NCBI RefSeq assembly: GCF_036321535.1
Contig: NC_087436.1
Location: 91,452,001 to 91,516,000, forward strand
Length of the DNA: 64,000 nt
Direction of reading: 5' to 3'
From: Camelus dromedarius
Lineage: Eukaryota
In this document: in pieces, positions 24,827-38,830 of the stretch
How positions within the stretch are numbered: position 1 is the first letter of the stretch
How the letters are laid out: every line of letters begins with the position of its first letter
Notes under the pieces: model-generated
The model's input: only the letters and a program-made list of their open reading frames with translations
The model's database searches: none
Told to the model about the DNA's origin: nothing
Made by a program: the position numbers and the translations under genes

Positions 24827-25989
24827 GCAACCATCAATTTTCTAACCATTACTTCTTCATGCCTGAATTTTTAACTCTCATCCTTTGGTGTTGGCATTTT
24901 GTCTCTAAATAGTTTGTTCAAAGATCCCAGTTTTCTTGATGGGTTTTATCTCAGAGACCGGTATGCATTGCGTGATGAGTTTTTGGCTTGAAAACCTGTC
25001 CTACTCCTGTCATAGGAGCTTCCTGACACATGTATTGTTTGGTTAGAATCCACCACTAAATAGTTGTTTTCTTACACTTTTCTTTCCTCCTTTCTTTTGG
25101 CTTCCACTTGGTTTCATTTTAAAGTATTCATTTTCCTTCAACTCCTGTATTTTTCCAGTTTGAAATATTTATGTATTGGCTTTATAGCTGAATGATGATG
25201 TGTTTGAGTAAAGTATTTCTGGACACTTTCTTTCCCTCAAAACTGGTCTTCCAAGTTTAAATAATTCTGTTCTATCAACATCATCTTATCAATACTATTT
25301 TTCAAAATTTTCCTGAAACTCATATCACTTTAAATTTGTGTATTGTTTTCCTTTATGCTGGGGTGGAATTTTGTAATTTTGGTTTGAAATTCTACATTGT
25401 GCATGTGCTACTGTTTTAAGCAAGAAATATTATTTTTTTACATGTAATGATTGCTTTTGAAAGCAGGCTTTTGAGAGTAATTCCTCTCAAATTTGATTAA
25501 AGAACTACTGCGCAAATATTATCAAGAATTCTCAGAGGCAAGAGGTTAAGAAAAAAAAGATATTAAAAGCTAAGACAGCAATCATGTTTAAATTTATACT
25601 CTTGGGTTGGATTGAAGAGGGAAGACTTAGATGAGATTTACTCTTAAGATCCAAAGGATATGGGAGAAGATCTTTAGTCAGTAATACTTTGACAGGCTTT
25701 GCCTAGAACGTTTCCATTTTTGTACACAGGTTATGATGCTTAATTACCTTAACTTTTTTTCACTTTTATCATTTTTTATCCTTTGTAGCCTTTCCAAAAT
25801 CATGTGGAGTTTTTTCTTTCTCTCCTAGATCCTTTGAGAATGCTCTAAATGGTTAATATTTTAATTGGCAATAAAATGTTATTGAGAAAAATCCAACCAG
25901 ATAATGATTTAACAAATACTTACTGAAAACAAAAAAACACTACCACTTATTGATTTTCATTATGGTAGTCCTTTTGCAAGGAATTTGAT

Positions 25990-26170
25990 ACACTTTATTT
26001 TATTAAACTTTAAATAAATTCTTCAGCTATTAATACCTCCAGTCTCAGAAGGAGAAAACTGGCGTAGGTAATTAAGTAACTTGCAAAGTCACTTACATCT
26101 AATGAATGGCTGGCTTTGTATTCAAAATCAAATGTACCTGGTTGCAAACACTATGCTCTTTTCATTAGGC
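25990..26170 (-). mobile_element. MIR SINE remnant
   Basis: GAGAAAACTGG...ATTAAGTAACTTGCAAAGTCACTTACATCTAATGAATGG. Confidence 0.6.
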
Positions 26171-26952
26171 AATGTTCTCTTCCAAAGAGGAATAGGATAT
26201 GGTTCTTGTCTTCAAAGAGGTTTCAGTCAATTGGAGCATTACCAAAGCAAAAGAAAGGGTTATGATAATTTTAAGATGTATCAAGGCAGAGCACACTAGC
26301 CTTAAGCACTTCACCTGTCAGTACGTTGACTCTTGATTCTCACCCTTTGTTTTTCCACATTCTATTACTGAAGCTCTTAATAAACATTTCCATACATATG
26401 GTTTATTTCACCCCTCTTTACAGCACAATACAATTTTCCTGAGTATACTTCTTTTATAATCTCTATAAATTATCATTCATGAATAACACATAAAATACAC
26501 GATTGAATGGGTTTCTTTGGCAGTTCAGATATTAATCGATAAAAAAAATGCATCATTTTTCCCAGACTAAGTGAAGCAGTATAATGGATAGTTTTCTTGT
26601 GAAGCATACTTTATTTTTATATTTCAATTTTTTAAACTCTTAAATCAGTACTATGGAGTCATAGGGAGTTTAGTGAAAAAAAAAATTACCAAGAGTGAAT
26701 ACAAGTTTTAAACAAGGGAGTGACTTGATCTGGTTTGAATTACAAGGGCTGGTGGAGAGAAGGAACTGGAGGGAGGGAAGACTGTAGGCGGAGGAGCTGT
26801 TCTAGCAACAATTGATATATTCCGGGGATAGATGAAGAATGCCCAAGGTAGAGCAATAGTGAGGCTTTTGAGGAGGGGGCAAATGGAATCAAAGATAAGA
26901 AAGTAGAAATGGCAACACTTGGCAGCAAATGAGATAAGCTGTTCTCAAGTCC

Positions 26953-26995
26953 TGTGTGTGTGTGTGTGTGTGCGTGCACACGTGCATGCACGTGT
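26953..26995. repeat. (TG)n plus alternating purine-pyrimidine tract
   Basis: TG run continuing into GCGTGCACACGTGCATGCACGTGT. Confidence 0.9.
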
Positions 26996-28369
26996 TTGGT
27001 GAATCTGTTGGAAAGAAACTGGTGAAGACGCAAGTAAATACTGTACAATTCACATAATGTGCAGCCAACTTTGTTTTTATTTTGCAGCATTCAAAAAAGA
27101 GAGCAATTCATGGGGGTGCCAGCAGACTATTCTATTTAACAAATGTGTGTAGGGTGTGACAGGGAGGGAAGGTTGAGAACAGCCTGATCACATCACACGG
27201 GAGATGGAAAGTCATACCCAAAATAATTCTGTGGTTTCCAATTTCAGTGTCTGGACTATGAGGCTAACGTACCAATATAAGAAAAGCGGAGAATTACGTT
27301 GGTGGGGCAGAGATGGAATTTCCCCTTCGAGGATTACCAACTTGAGTAGTTAATGGGTATATGAATAAAAGAGCCAATTCTTATAGAACCTTCCAGCTGT
27401 TAGATATGTATTATTTTCTTCTGACAAGCAGGATGCTCATTTTTACAGTAAGAGAAGAGGCTCCTGAGATGGCGATGCTTTAAAATCTTTGTGACTCTTA
27501 AGCCCTTTATCACTGAATTATTGTATAATATCATTTTCTTTGGGAAACATATACAATATATCAGTTACATCATCTACGATCTTTCCATGTTGTTAATTCA
27601 GTAGTATAATGCTGTAATTGTTAAATTACAATTGCAAAGTGCCTAATTTGCCTGATTACTTTTAAAGTAATCTTTTTTTGAATCCCATATAGTGTGTTGA
27701 AATAATCCCTCTTATGGGCGTAAGGAAAAAGTAGTTGTTTTTTTTTTTTTTAACTCTGGAACTTTGGATAATTTGGAAATGTGCCCCAAGGAATATTTTC
27801 AAGTGTTTTTCTAAAACTGCTTAAAATGATGCCTCACATCATTTTTTTCATTAAGATTGAGTTCTGTTTTAATACAAATTTCCAAAATAAACAGGGACAG
27901 CAACGGACAACAACTAGTGATGAAGGCTAAGAAGCACTATTATGTGAGCTGGGCTTCTATCGACTCAGTTTGCTGGGTTGACTTCCTTTCTTACTTTCTC
28001 TAGTATCAGCCATCAGGATGCAAAAACATTCAGATTTTTAAAACATAATGCAAATACAGAATAGGGAATATAGACATTGAATGTAAGGAAGTGTGATATG
28101 AGAATTTTACTTATTGAGGAGGAGACAAAGGAAAAAAGGAAAAATATTACAACGTCTTCCTACTGAGGTCACATCAACCATAGTTCTCAGAATTCAAAGA
28201 CACCTGAGAAACCTACCAGTCTCTTTCCATCTAAGAGAACAGAAGATTTAGAGACAAGAAAATTTATGCTGAAAAGTAATCCTTTTTGGTTAAAATGCTT
28301 TACTTGAAGCAGTATGTCATCCTGCCTAGAACAGAGGTTCTGGAATCATAGACAGCTGGGTCAGAGCAT

Positions 28370-28640
28370 AGCTCTGCTGTTTACTTGGTTCCCAGGCCAA
28401 AAACCTTAGTACCCTGATTCAAATGCATGTTTTTGAAGTTTTTTGTTTTTCTTAAAAAATAAGTGAAAAATGAACACAGAGCACAGATAACTAGGGTATA
28501 GTGAAACAGCTCTGCTGTTTACTTGGTTCCCAGGCCAAAAACCTTAGTACCCTGATTCAAATGCATGTTTTTGAAGTTTTTTGTTTTTCTTAAAAAATAA
28601 GTGAAAAATGAACACAGAGCACAGATAACTAGGGTATAGT
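28370..28640. repeat. Perfect tandem duplication, 2 x 133 bp with a 5-bp spacer
   Basis: 28370-28502 is identical to 28508-28640 by eye; the spacer is GAAAC. Confidence 0.95.
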
Positions 28641-30744
28641 AAAGTCCTTGTTTATGAGAACTATAATTATTAATGATTTATTTTTTCAGGATTTCGGAAA
28701 GTTGGAAGTTAAAGCAGTTTTGAAATAAATTTGATAATTGGATCAAAAAAGACATTTGTGCAGATAAAAGATTGCCTAGATCTGTATGACTTGGAAACTT
28801 TTAAGAAGGGTTATAAATAGATAGTATTTGATATCTATAGAGATTTTAAAATTATAATCATTTTATTAATTTCTTTGCTGCTCCAGTAGACTAAAATCTC
28901 CTTGATGACAGAGACTATGTTCTGGTCCTCTTTAGGAAGTAATGTTGTGTAGAGGGTACAACATAGAATTTGCGTGTAGCTATCACCCCCTACTTTCTTG
29001 CCAGTTCTTTGATAGGCGTATCTTTCTCTTTTGATAGTAATAAAATTTACTACTAAGGAAGAACACATTTTCAGACATGTGCTTTGAAATTTTGATTTTG
29101 TTTTATCATCTCAGTATCCAATATAAAACGTCATTATATTTTCTGACTTTCTGCATTGTTCTATTTTTGAAGTAATTCAGAAAACTCTAGACACCGCCTT
29201 TACATACACTAACATGGATGCTGAGAGTATCTCCTCATCACGAAGGAGGTGAGGCATTTACTAACTCTTCTCCTTAACCAGGAATCAGGAACAGGAAATG
29301 CTAGAGAGAAGACTGACTAGGTCTTGGGACATCTTCTCTATAAAATAAAATCAATTATGGGAAAATTACAGCCACTCTTAAAATTTTTTTTAGAGTGGGT
29401 TTATTTTTCAGGGGGTAAGAAATACAGCAATGGTTGTACACTAGAAAAATAGCACGGAACAGCAAAAATCAATACTGATAGTTTATTCATCAGGCAAACA
29501 TTATAATTAGTTAAGTCTGACACTTTCTGTATATCACAAATTTCATATCCCACTGAGGGCTGGCAGATTAATTGCACAGAAACTTTAGTCAACAGCTTCT
29601 CTTTTCATGAAAAGTTGTCAGAGACAAACATTTCTTAAGTGCCCTCTTTTTTGATTACTTTAAAAATTAAACTGTCAATAAAATGTCAATGCAAATGCAT
29701 TGTTAATTAATTTTTAATAAATTCTTATGAATATGCTTTAAAAAATCTCTCTGCTCGTTACATTTTTTCATACTTCTTTTTCTACTTCTTAGGGAAGGGA
29801 AAGTCATTGCAGTGAAGAGTGTTTCCAACCAATTTTCAAGTATGTTAGCCTATGGGTTGCACTTCAGTTTACCCTTCAAAAAAAAATAAATCACAGGTTA
29901 AATGAAGCTGTAAATATCTTTGAAATACAAATGATACTTGGAAAAGTGAATGAAATGGAGACTACTTGTAAGAGAAATATGGGAAGTCCAAGAGAAAGCC
30001 AGAATTATGTAAGGCCTTTGTCCTGGATAAGCCTCTGAATCACATCCTGGAAGCATCAAGCTCTTGGTACCATCTGGCCCCGCCTCTGACAAGCTTCCCT
30101 GGCTTGATGTAGTCTGCAGATATGTCATCATCAAAACCTGAAAGCACTTAGGCACTAAGTAACTACCTGTGCAGATCATAAAAAAAGATGGAATCCTACT
30201 TAGCATGTCTATTACATCTGCTGAGCTTCAAAAGGTCTTACTGCAGGGTTACGGGAGGAATAAGCATCCAGTTACATCTAATAAACTCCATACCTTATGG
30301 CTAATTCTAAAGGCGTCTGGCTCCATTATACTCGCTTAAAGCTCTGCTGTATTTTCAACAAATGATTGTTTATATTGGTCCTCTTGTATCCCATGGTGAT
30401 GTTTTATAAGGTGTTATGTTATTTTTGTTTACTTGAGTGGATATTTATACATATACTCTGGCTTCTGGCATTTTCATTTCACTGTCAGGAATTTGGTATG
30501 CATATGCAGAGAAATGCTGACGAGTCACCGCAGTTACCTATTGCTCAGAGAGATGATTATGGGTCGTAAACCTAGATATTGAAACAGACAGGTAGAAGAG
30601 TTCGTTTCTTTCAGGCTTGATTCATGCACATTTTTCCTACCTGCAAATAAAACAGGCAGCAGAAGGAAGTCAGATTAATAAACCCTTACACATTGTATTT
30701 TCTTGAATCATTGTTATGCCATCAAGTAGAACAAAAATCAATGC

Positions 30745-31003
30745 AATTGCTTATATTTATTGAGTCCTCACTCTGTGCCAGACAATTTTCTAAATGCTGT
30801 GTGCAAATCAATGCATTTAATCCTCAACACCACTGTAGGAGGTAAATCCTAGTATCATCCTGATTTTGTGGAGGAGATAACTAAAGCACGTAGAGTATAA
30901 TAATTTGCTGAACATCACACAGTTGGTAAGTGGTAGAGCTGACATTCATGCCTAGGCAGTTTGGTTCTAGAACCCATATGGTTAACTAGCATGCTATACT
31001 GTC
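30745..31003 (-). mobile_element. Near full-length MIR SINE
   Basis: ATTTATTGAGTCCTCACTCTGTGCCAG...CATTTAATCCTCAAC...CATCACACAGTTGGTAAGTGGTAGAGCTG...CATGCTATACTGT. Confidence 0.85.
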
Positions 31004-31249
31004 TCTCAACACAACTTGACATCTGAAAGTGCAGACTGATTTATTTTGAAGTAATGAATCCTCGGCTAAGAAATTTGTGAGAATTGTCCACCCAAATCAA
31101 TTATTACAAACTTCAACTGATTTATAAAACATCATAAAATATAGGGATTGGTAAAACTGAGAACCAGCTCTGGGTGAAAAAAAGAGAAAAGAAGTCATGC
31201 AAAACAAAAGAAAAAAGATGTGAAATTTTTGTAATAAGTACTATAGTCA

Positions 31250-32080
31250 TATACATTAATTGAGATTGCTTATTTTCTAAAAAAAGAACTCAATACCAAA
31301 TGAGTATAACAAAATTATAAAAATTAGTAGACCATAACTCATGGAAAAATTTTCAAAAATAGGAAAATACTAGAGCAAAAGCCATAATGGGTTTCCATAT
31401 TCATTGGTGAAATCTTTCAAAGTTTGAAGAGAAATTTGGTTATCAAGTTACATTATCTGTTCTTGGTCACACAGACAATGTGATATTAGCAAATTCATTA
31501 TATTAAGTTAATATTACATTAATCCCCAGCTTAGTGATAGTTAAAAATAGAAAACTCTCTAGCAATTTCACACATGTTAGAAAAATTTAAACAGAAATGC
31601 TAGCTACTACAATTGAACGTGATTTAACATTACCAAAAACAATTTGGTCTAAGAATGCAAATAAAGATGAAATAACAAAATATATTAATTACTAAGACAA
31701 AAAGTTATAATGTCAATTTAACACATGTACAAACTAATAACTTAAATGACTCTTCTCAAGTTTTAAATTTCAATTTAATTGTATTAGAGAATGATTCCTC
31801 TTTAATAAAATATTTTAAAGCAAAATTTAAAAATGTTCTCCTTGTATTCAGGAAAAAAAATGATATCTACTTTACCATTATTATTTAGTATAATTTGGAA
31901 ATTTTGATCTGGTCAGTGATACAAGTAAGAAAAAAAATCAGTAGTAATAACTAGTGGAAAAGGAGAGATAACTGTATTATGTAGAGATGAGGTGGTTTTA
32001 TCCCTATGAACTCCAAAAGCGATCAGAGTAAATTTAGCCCACATTTGATAACATAGTGAGTAATTTGATCAAAGTCAATA
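31250..32080 (+). mobile_element. Highly decayed L1 ORF2 remnant
   Basis: A-rich, with degenerate motifs such as GGAAAAGGAGAGATAACTGTATTATGTAGAGATGAGGTGG (LFADDM region). Confidence 0.5.
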
Positions 32081-32953
32081 CACCAGCAACTACCATGGAT
32101 GGCGGGCAAGCAAAGATTTGAGAAATCTGCATCCCACTGCAGTGTCTAGAGAAGCCTTCCTACTGAAGATCACCCTGAAATTTGAAGGGAAATAATGAAC
32201 TAGTTGAACCAAGAAAGGAGGGCATTCTCGGTAAAGAGAGTGCACATGAAACTTGGCATTTGTTAGAATCTTTCTCGCCCCCTTTTTTGAGATTTTTGAA
32301 ATACTACTCTCCTTATTCTGACTTTCCTTAAATATGCTCCCCTGTTTGTTTTTACACATGAAACAGTTTTCCAAATTCTGTGCACAACTGCTATCCCAAT
32401 ACTTCCAAATTCATATTCAATTATTTGGAATTAATAAATATATTTATTTTGTAATTAAATATGTAGAGACACTGTAAATTTCTCTGAATGCTAGTTCAAG
32501 TAAGATTTCCTATTTCTCCATTTTCGTGGCTGCCAGTGAGCAAAGGCAACCCAGTTATTCTTAGAGTTGTTTCAATTTAATTCTGTTACTCATGGGTAAC
32601 GTGTCTCCATTTTATTCCCTGTCTGTGACAGAGTTAGGGGTGACTAGACTGAAGACACCTAACCAATTCTTGTTTCCGTTTTTCCCACTTCATGTATTTG
32701 AATCCAGTACAACTCTGAGCAACATTTTCCCCCATCACTTTCAGGCAGAGAGCAATTTATAAAATAACAGAAAACTCTAACATTTAAAGTAAAAATTATG
32801 TGCACATATGTGTGTGCACAGGCGTGTATTTTAGCAACCCAATTCAACTCCAGGAAAGAGACAGTCTGGGAACCATTAAAAGAAATTTAAGTACCAAGGA
32901 AGGCTTTCAACAATTTTTACTGCTATTGTATTTGTATTGGGTCAAATGGAGAG

Positions 32954-34933
32954 TGTTATAGGTTGAATATTTATGTTCCTCATAAGTTTATATGTTGAAA
33001 CTCTCAGCCCCAAGATGACTGTATTTGGAGATAGGATCTGTGAAGAGGTGATAAAAGTTAAATGAGTTTACAAGGATGGGGTCCTAATCTTACAATGAGA
33101 AAAGACACCAGAACTCTGTTTCTCCATGTAAGAAACCAGAAGGAAGCCTTCTGCAAGGTAGGGAGAAAGCTCTCACCAGGAACCACATTGGCTGGCTCTC
33201 TGATTTTGGACTTAGACTCTAGAACTATCAGAAATTAATTTCTATTTTTTAAGCCACCTAGTCTACAGTATTTTGTTATGGCAGCCCAAGCACTCTTATA
33301 CAGATTTTAAGTTCTGTAGTGTACTGCTGGAACAAATACCTCAAATGACAAAGTGACTTTGAAACTGGGTGATGTGGATGAGAAGAGGCTAGAGCTCTGA
33401 AGTGCATGATGAAAGCCAAGATTGTTATAAAAAGATTGTTAGTAGAAGTATGGATGTCAAAGTCCAATCTGGAGAGGTTCCAGATGGAAATGAGGAATGT
33501 ATTATTGGAAACTGGAGGATAGGAGATCCTTATTAAAAAGTGGTGAAGAACTTGGCTGAACTGTGTTCATGCTCTATTACTCGGCAGGAGGTAGAACTTG
33601 TGAACAATGAAAGGATGTTTAGCAGAGGAGACCTTTAAGCAAATCACTGAAGGTATGGTTTGGGTCCTCCTTACTACTTAAAACAAAATGTGAGAGGACA
33701 GAGATTAGTTGAAGAAGAAATTGCTGCACAAAAAAGGAACAAAACTTGAAGATGTGGAAAATTTTCTTGCAAAAAAGAAAATGAAAAAGCTTGTTCTGAG
33801 AAGAATATGAAGGGTGTGGTTGAAGAGCGATTTGATAAAGATATCATAGGTAAGATGCATGGATTTACTCAGCCACCTCAGAAGAAGCCAAGAGTAGTGA
33901 TGGAATTACATCATCTCTGCCAGCTGGAACCAAAGAAAACAGAAAAATGGGAGGGAATGAAGGAAAGCTGTGAACATCAGTTATCTCTCAAAAATGACCC
34001 TGAAGTCCATTCAGAGATCATTAGGACTGCCATTCCTTCCCCTGACCAGAGCTGCTTTCTCCCTGGTTTCAGAAGCTCAAGCTCTTTCAGAGATCCACAT
34101 GCACTGGACCACCTCATAGAGCCAAAGTGGTGAGGCCGCTTAGTCAAGTTGTAAAGGTGATGCAGCTGCCCCAGTGGGCTTGGAGGGCAGAGCATTGGTC
34201 CAAAGAGGATTATTCATGACCAAGACATGCATCTACAGATTTCACTGGGCAGAAATGAATCCATTGATGGCTAGACTTTAAGGTCTAATAGAATTTGCTT
34301 TTTTAGGTTTTGGATTTGCTTGGAATCCAACCCTTCTTCCATCATTTTTATTTCTCCCATTTGGAGTTGAAATGTCTATCTTGTACCTGTACCACTATTG
34401 TGCACATGTGCACATAATTTGATTTCACATGTTCACAACTGGAGAGGAATTTTCCCTCAGGATGACTCATACCTTGAGTCTCACACATATCTGATTTTGA
34501 TGATATTTCAATAAAACTTTGGACTTTAGACTTTCGAGTTGATACTGGAATGAGTTAAGTCTTTGGGGATTGTTGGGATGAAATAAGTCTATTCTGTGTG
34601 TGAGAAGGACATGGATTTTAGGAGGTTGAGAGTGGAATGTTATGGACAGATTTTGTCCCATCAGATTCCTATATTGAAGTCCTAGGCCCAAAAGTGAAGG
34701 TGTTAGAATGTGGAATCTTTGGGAGGTAGGTAGGGTTAGATGAGGTCAAGGGGGTAGAGACCTCACGATGAGACTAGTGTCCTTATAAAAAGAAGACAAG
34801 ATGCCAGAGCTTTCTCTCTCAGTCATGTATGGATACAGCAAGAAGACATCTGTCTGCAAGCCAGGAAGAGGGCCCAATGTTAGCTGTTTGAATCTGTGGC
34901 ATTTTGTTATAGCAGCCTGAGCTGACTAAGACA
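32954..34933 (+). mobile_element. Near full-length MaLR (MLT1A-like): LTR 32954-33302, internal 33303-34637, LTR 34638-34933
   Basis: Two related TG...CA LTRs, ending TTTTGTTATGGCAGCCCAAGC...ACA and TTTTGTTATAGCAGCCTGAGCTGACTAAGACA. The internal region starts GATTTT and ends in a purine-rich tract. Confidence 0.85.
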
Positions 34934-37399
34934 TACATCTACAAGTTTCAATGGGCAGAAATGAACCCATTGATGGATAGATCTGAGATCAAGGAAATGA
35001 TAAGGCTTAAGCTATAATAAAGAGGTGTCACCAAGATCCCAAGTAGTTCTGAAGAACACGTTTGGATAAGTAGGGAATTATTCCATCAAATTCTCTAGTA
35101 AGATTTCATTTGACATTTAACATTATGAGTAGTAGCCAGGCTTTCAGGCCATGGAAAGGGTTTTAATTCTTAACTTTTTTAGATGGAAATCTGTTGGCAC
35201 ATTTACACAAAGAAGTGGCATCAACTTTTTATTTATGCTTCCCTTTAGAAACATTATGATGGCTGGCTGTGGTAATATTTAGTAGGGTGGTAGGAATGAG
35301 AACAGGGAGTTTTTTTTCCTTAAAGTAGTTGTGGACGATTCAGGCACCATGACTACTCTGTATCTATTTCAATTACATAGGAAGTTAGATCAAATCCAGC
35401 ATACCCAGTGAAACAACCTATATGTAAAATTTGTAGAGTAAACAAAAGAGTTTCTGATTTTTATGAATGTATGTTTTAGAAAGATATTAACAATATCAAG
35501 AAACTTTCACAGTCATAGAGAACACTTCTGTGTATCCTTATAAAGTTCAAAAATTACCAATGCTATTTTTAGCTAGCTTCTTTTACAAGGAGTTCTGTGT
35601 GTGCTAAAAGTATGACCTATTCATTTCATACTCATTAAGAAATCAATTTTTAGAGCAAATGTTACAAATGAATATTTAATTTAGTTGCAATTAAGAATGT
35701 GTATTTACAGAACATTTCTTATTAATTAACACAAACCAGAATAGCTAAACAGAGAAGTTTGACCTTCTACTATAGCCATTCACTTGGCTCGACACTGTTT
35801 TCAAAATCATGAGAACTAGATCCAACCTGACCATGTCTTCCTCTGTAAACACATCTCTTCCTAATGAGGTTCCACTCCCCAGGTGGTATGTGGTGGTTCA
35901 GTTCTTTGCATTTCTCTGCAAAGGGTCAAACACCTAAATCTCCAGCTGATACTGAGAAAGGTTTAATATCCAGAAGCCATTCCAATAAGCTGCTATTATA
36001 AAATGTCTTTCCATTCCTACTCAAAATGAGCAAAAATGAGCACCCTTCCTCAAAATGAGGTCTTCAGTACAAACATAGAAACACATTTAGATGTGCACTT
36101 GACCTCTAGCCCTAGGAATCACAAATCAGAGGAAAAACTGTGTACTAATGTAACTAGGTCTTTATCCCTTTTTTCTCCTTGGGCTTTTCTTCTAATTAAA
36201 AGCCAAGATTGACATCAAATAGTTGCACACTATGTTATAAAATCTTAACTAAACCCAGTCAATTAATTTCTGAATGCATATGTTCACTAAAGCCAAGTGA
36301 CTAAAAACAGGTCTCAGATGCTCCTGGGAGCTGAAGGAAATCAACTGTGTTTTTCCAGCGCTTAGTTGTCAGGATAAGAGACCCATGTTACACTTCATCA
36401 TACCTAAGCCACCAGATCCCACTCACAGACTGTGGTGATTTCAAAGTTCATTTCCACCCTTTAAAAATAAGTTACCTACCACTTAAGCCACCAGCATTGC
36501 TTATAAGTTTGTTAAAACGGTAGTCATTTTGCTAAATACAGACTCATGAAGAAACAAGAGAGAGTTTCATCTACTGTTTTTTCACCACTGAGCAATGTTG
36601 TCTAGGATTTAGAAATTGATATTTGTCAGTTACACACTAGCCATGTGAAGATTTGTAATAACGTAGGTATGTTCTTACTAATATTATCTATTAATGTTTT
36701 GAAAAGGTTGATAGTGGATTGGTACCTAACATTATTAGTGCTAGTAAATAGTTATTTATTGAAGATTTATGCCATAATGTACTTAGTTGACAACAAGCTG
36801 TATTCTTAAATGTTAATTAAGGACCTTCTTAATTTATGAAACTCTGTGCTGTTCCTGTGCAGCATTGAACTAGACCACTCATGTTGCCAAATCAATTCCT
36901 CTGAATAAATCAGGTCTCAGCAATGATCATTTGCATTTTCGTCTGTGCAGGATAATTTAGGGAACATGCTTGGAGACACCGTGGACAATCACAAAAGATC
37001 ACTTCCAACCTTGTGGTGACTGACAAGATTTAGCAATATCATCTCTGAATATGAGGAAACTTGCATTTCTGCTGGCAGTTATTTTCTATGAGAATCAGTC
37101 ATGATTTACATCTTTCATTTATCCTATTACCCGGGGCGTATGCATTTTCAATTATATGAATGAATCCTATAAAGAGGGTCCTATTTGGAACATTAGATAA
37201 GCATTTTATGATATATGTTTTCTTGGTGGACACCAAAATGAATTTTCAGGGGAGAAATAAAGAGTGCAATCAAGTTCCTATCTTGGAAGACTCAAATAGG
37301 AACAATGGTTACTTATTTTCTGTGGGATTCTTGTTCAAAATTGTAGTAGGAAACACTTTTCTAATATCACAGTGTGCCAGCACTCTGCCTGGTACGAGG

Positions 37400-37422
37400 T
37401 GGGTGTGTGTGTGTGTGTGTGT
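37400..37422. repeat. (GT)n microsatellite
   Basis: Visible GT run. Confidence 0.9.
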
Positions 37423-38009
37423 GACACAAACTGACTCAATGATAAATTTTTCCTTTGACTTTTTAACCTTTATGTAGAAGATGTGATGATTACATATAGA
37501 AGAAATAAACCTGCAATCACATTTCACAGCTTATTTAAGACATTTTTGTCCTGTGGTCTATGAGATTTAAGATAGTTGTATTTCCTTACATTTCTATTTT
37601 TCTGTTAATGAAAAGGCTTTGGGGTTTTATTTAGCAGTCTCCAAGTTCTACATTCTATGCTTCTGTCACACAGCTTTGAACAGAAGCAAAGACAGTCCAT
37701 GATTTCTTATTTTAATCAATATCTCATGGAGACTAGATAAATATCATTGATACATTAAAACAAGATGTGGTTTTCTAACTTTCAATCAATTTCATACCTT
37801 TTGTGAATGTTTTGATGTTCTCTTTGAATTTCCCTTGTAATTCTTGGAATTATTTTAAATTCATTACACAGTTTTATCACACATTTCTGCAAGAAGTATA
37901 TTTCCCCACCCAGATATAGGGTGGCATAAATACCCGCTGGTTAACTTCAAAATCCCTTCATAGTTGCCAATCTCCATACTAGCAGTAAAATCTTCATTTA
38001 GTAATATTA

Positions 38010-38285
38010 ACTCTTTTTTAAAACCATATTATTGAGGTATGGTTGACATATGAGAAGCTGTACATACTTAACGTATACAACTTGAGTTTAGGGATAAGTG
38101 TACACCCGTGAATTATCACCATCATCAAAGCCATAAAAATATTTATTACCTCCAAATTTTCCTCCAGTTCTTATAACTATGGTTGCTGTTGTGGCAGTGG
38201 TGGTAAGAACACTTAACATAAAGCTTAGCAAATTTTAACTATACAATCTAGTATTTTTAGCCACAGGCACTATATTGTACAGTAG
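38010..38285 (-). mobile_element. L1MA/MB 3'-end fragment
   Basis: TATTGAGGTATGGTTGACATA...TACACCCGTGAATTATCACCATCATCAAAG. Confidence 0.75.
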
Positions 38286-38609
38286 TTCTTTTAAATATGG
38301 AGGCTTTAAAATAATTTTTTGTGAGAAGATTTTGGACATTTTTAGGGGATAGTTTTTACATTTAATGAGGAAAATGAGTTTGCTGTCAAAATGTATAAAA
38401 ATTAAAAAATGTATAATTGCCCTGTTTTGTCTTTGGATATATCAGAGCATTTGGGGGGGCACTAATTTTGATTATTTATGGCATTGTACATTTCATATCC
38501 GGTTTGGTTGCATAGAATAACACTTTGAAATAGAATTTGGCCAAGGCAAAAATTCTATAAGCAAGGTGACGATGGACAGTTTGGTTTGGATCGTTTGAGC
38601 AACAGCAGC

Positions 38610-38830
38610 AGTCATACCAATGTCAACTAGCGTTCACTGAGGGATTGCTGATCACAGTGCTAAGTCCATTACAAACGTTCACATTTAGTTCTCACAGCCC
38701 TAAGGTAGTTATGATCTCGGTTTCACAGATGAGCCTATTAAGACAGAGAGAATTTAAGTGACATGACCCAGTGGACTCAGCAACTGGCAGAGCCAAGAAG
38801 CAATCCAGGACCCATTCCTACACTCTAAGC
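38610..38830 (-). mobile_element. MIR SINE remnant
   Basis: CATTTAGTTCTCACAGCCCTAAGGTAG...TTTCACAGATGAG...TTAAGTGACATGACCCAG. Confidence 0.7.

Noticed and set aside
33807..34195. ORFs in the MaLR internal region
   Set aside because: Short fragments of a decayed non-autonomous element; no intact gag or pol is visible.
36951..37020. Isolated strong acceptor followed by DNLGNMLGDTVDNHKRSLPTLW*
   Set aside because: No matching donor or partner exon was found, and isolated acceptors (also near 27088 and 28689) are common in AT-rich DNA.
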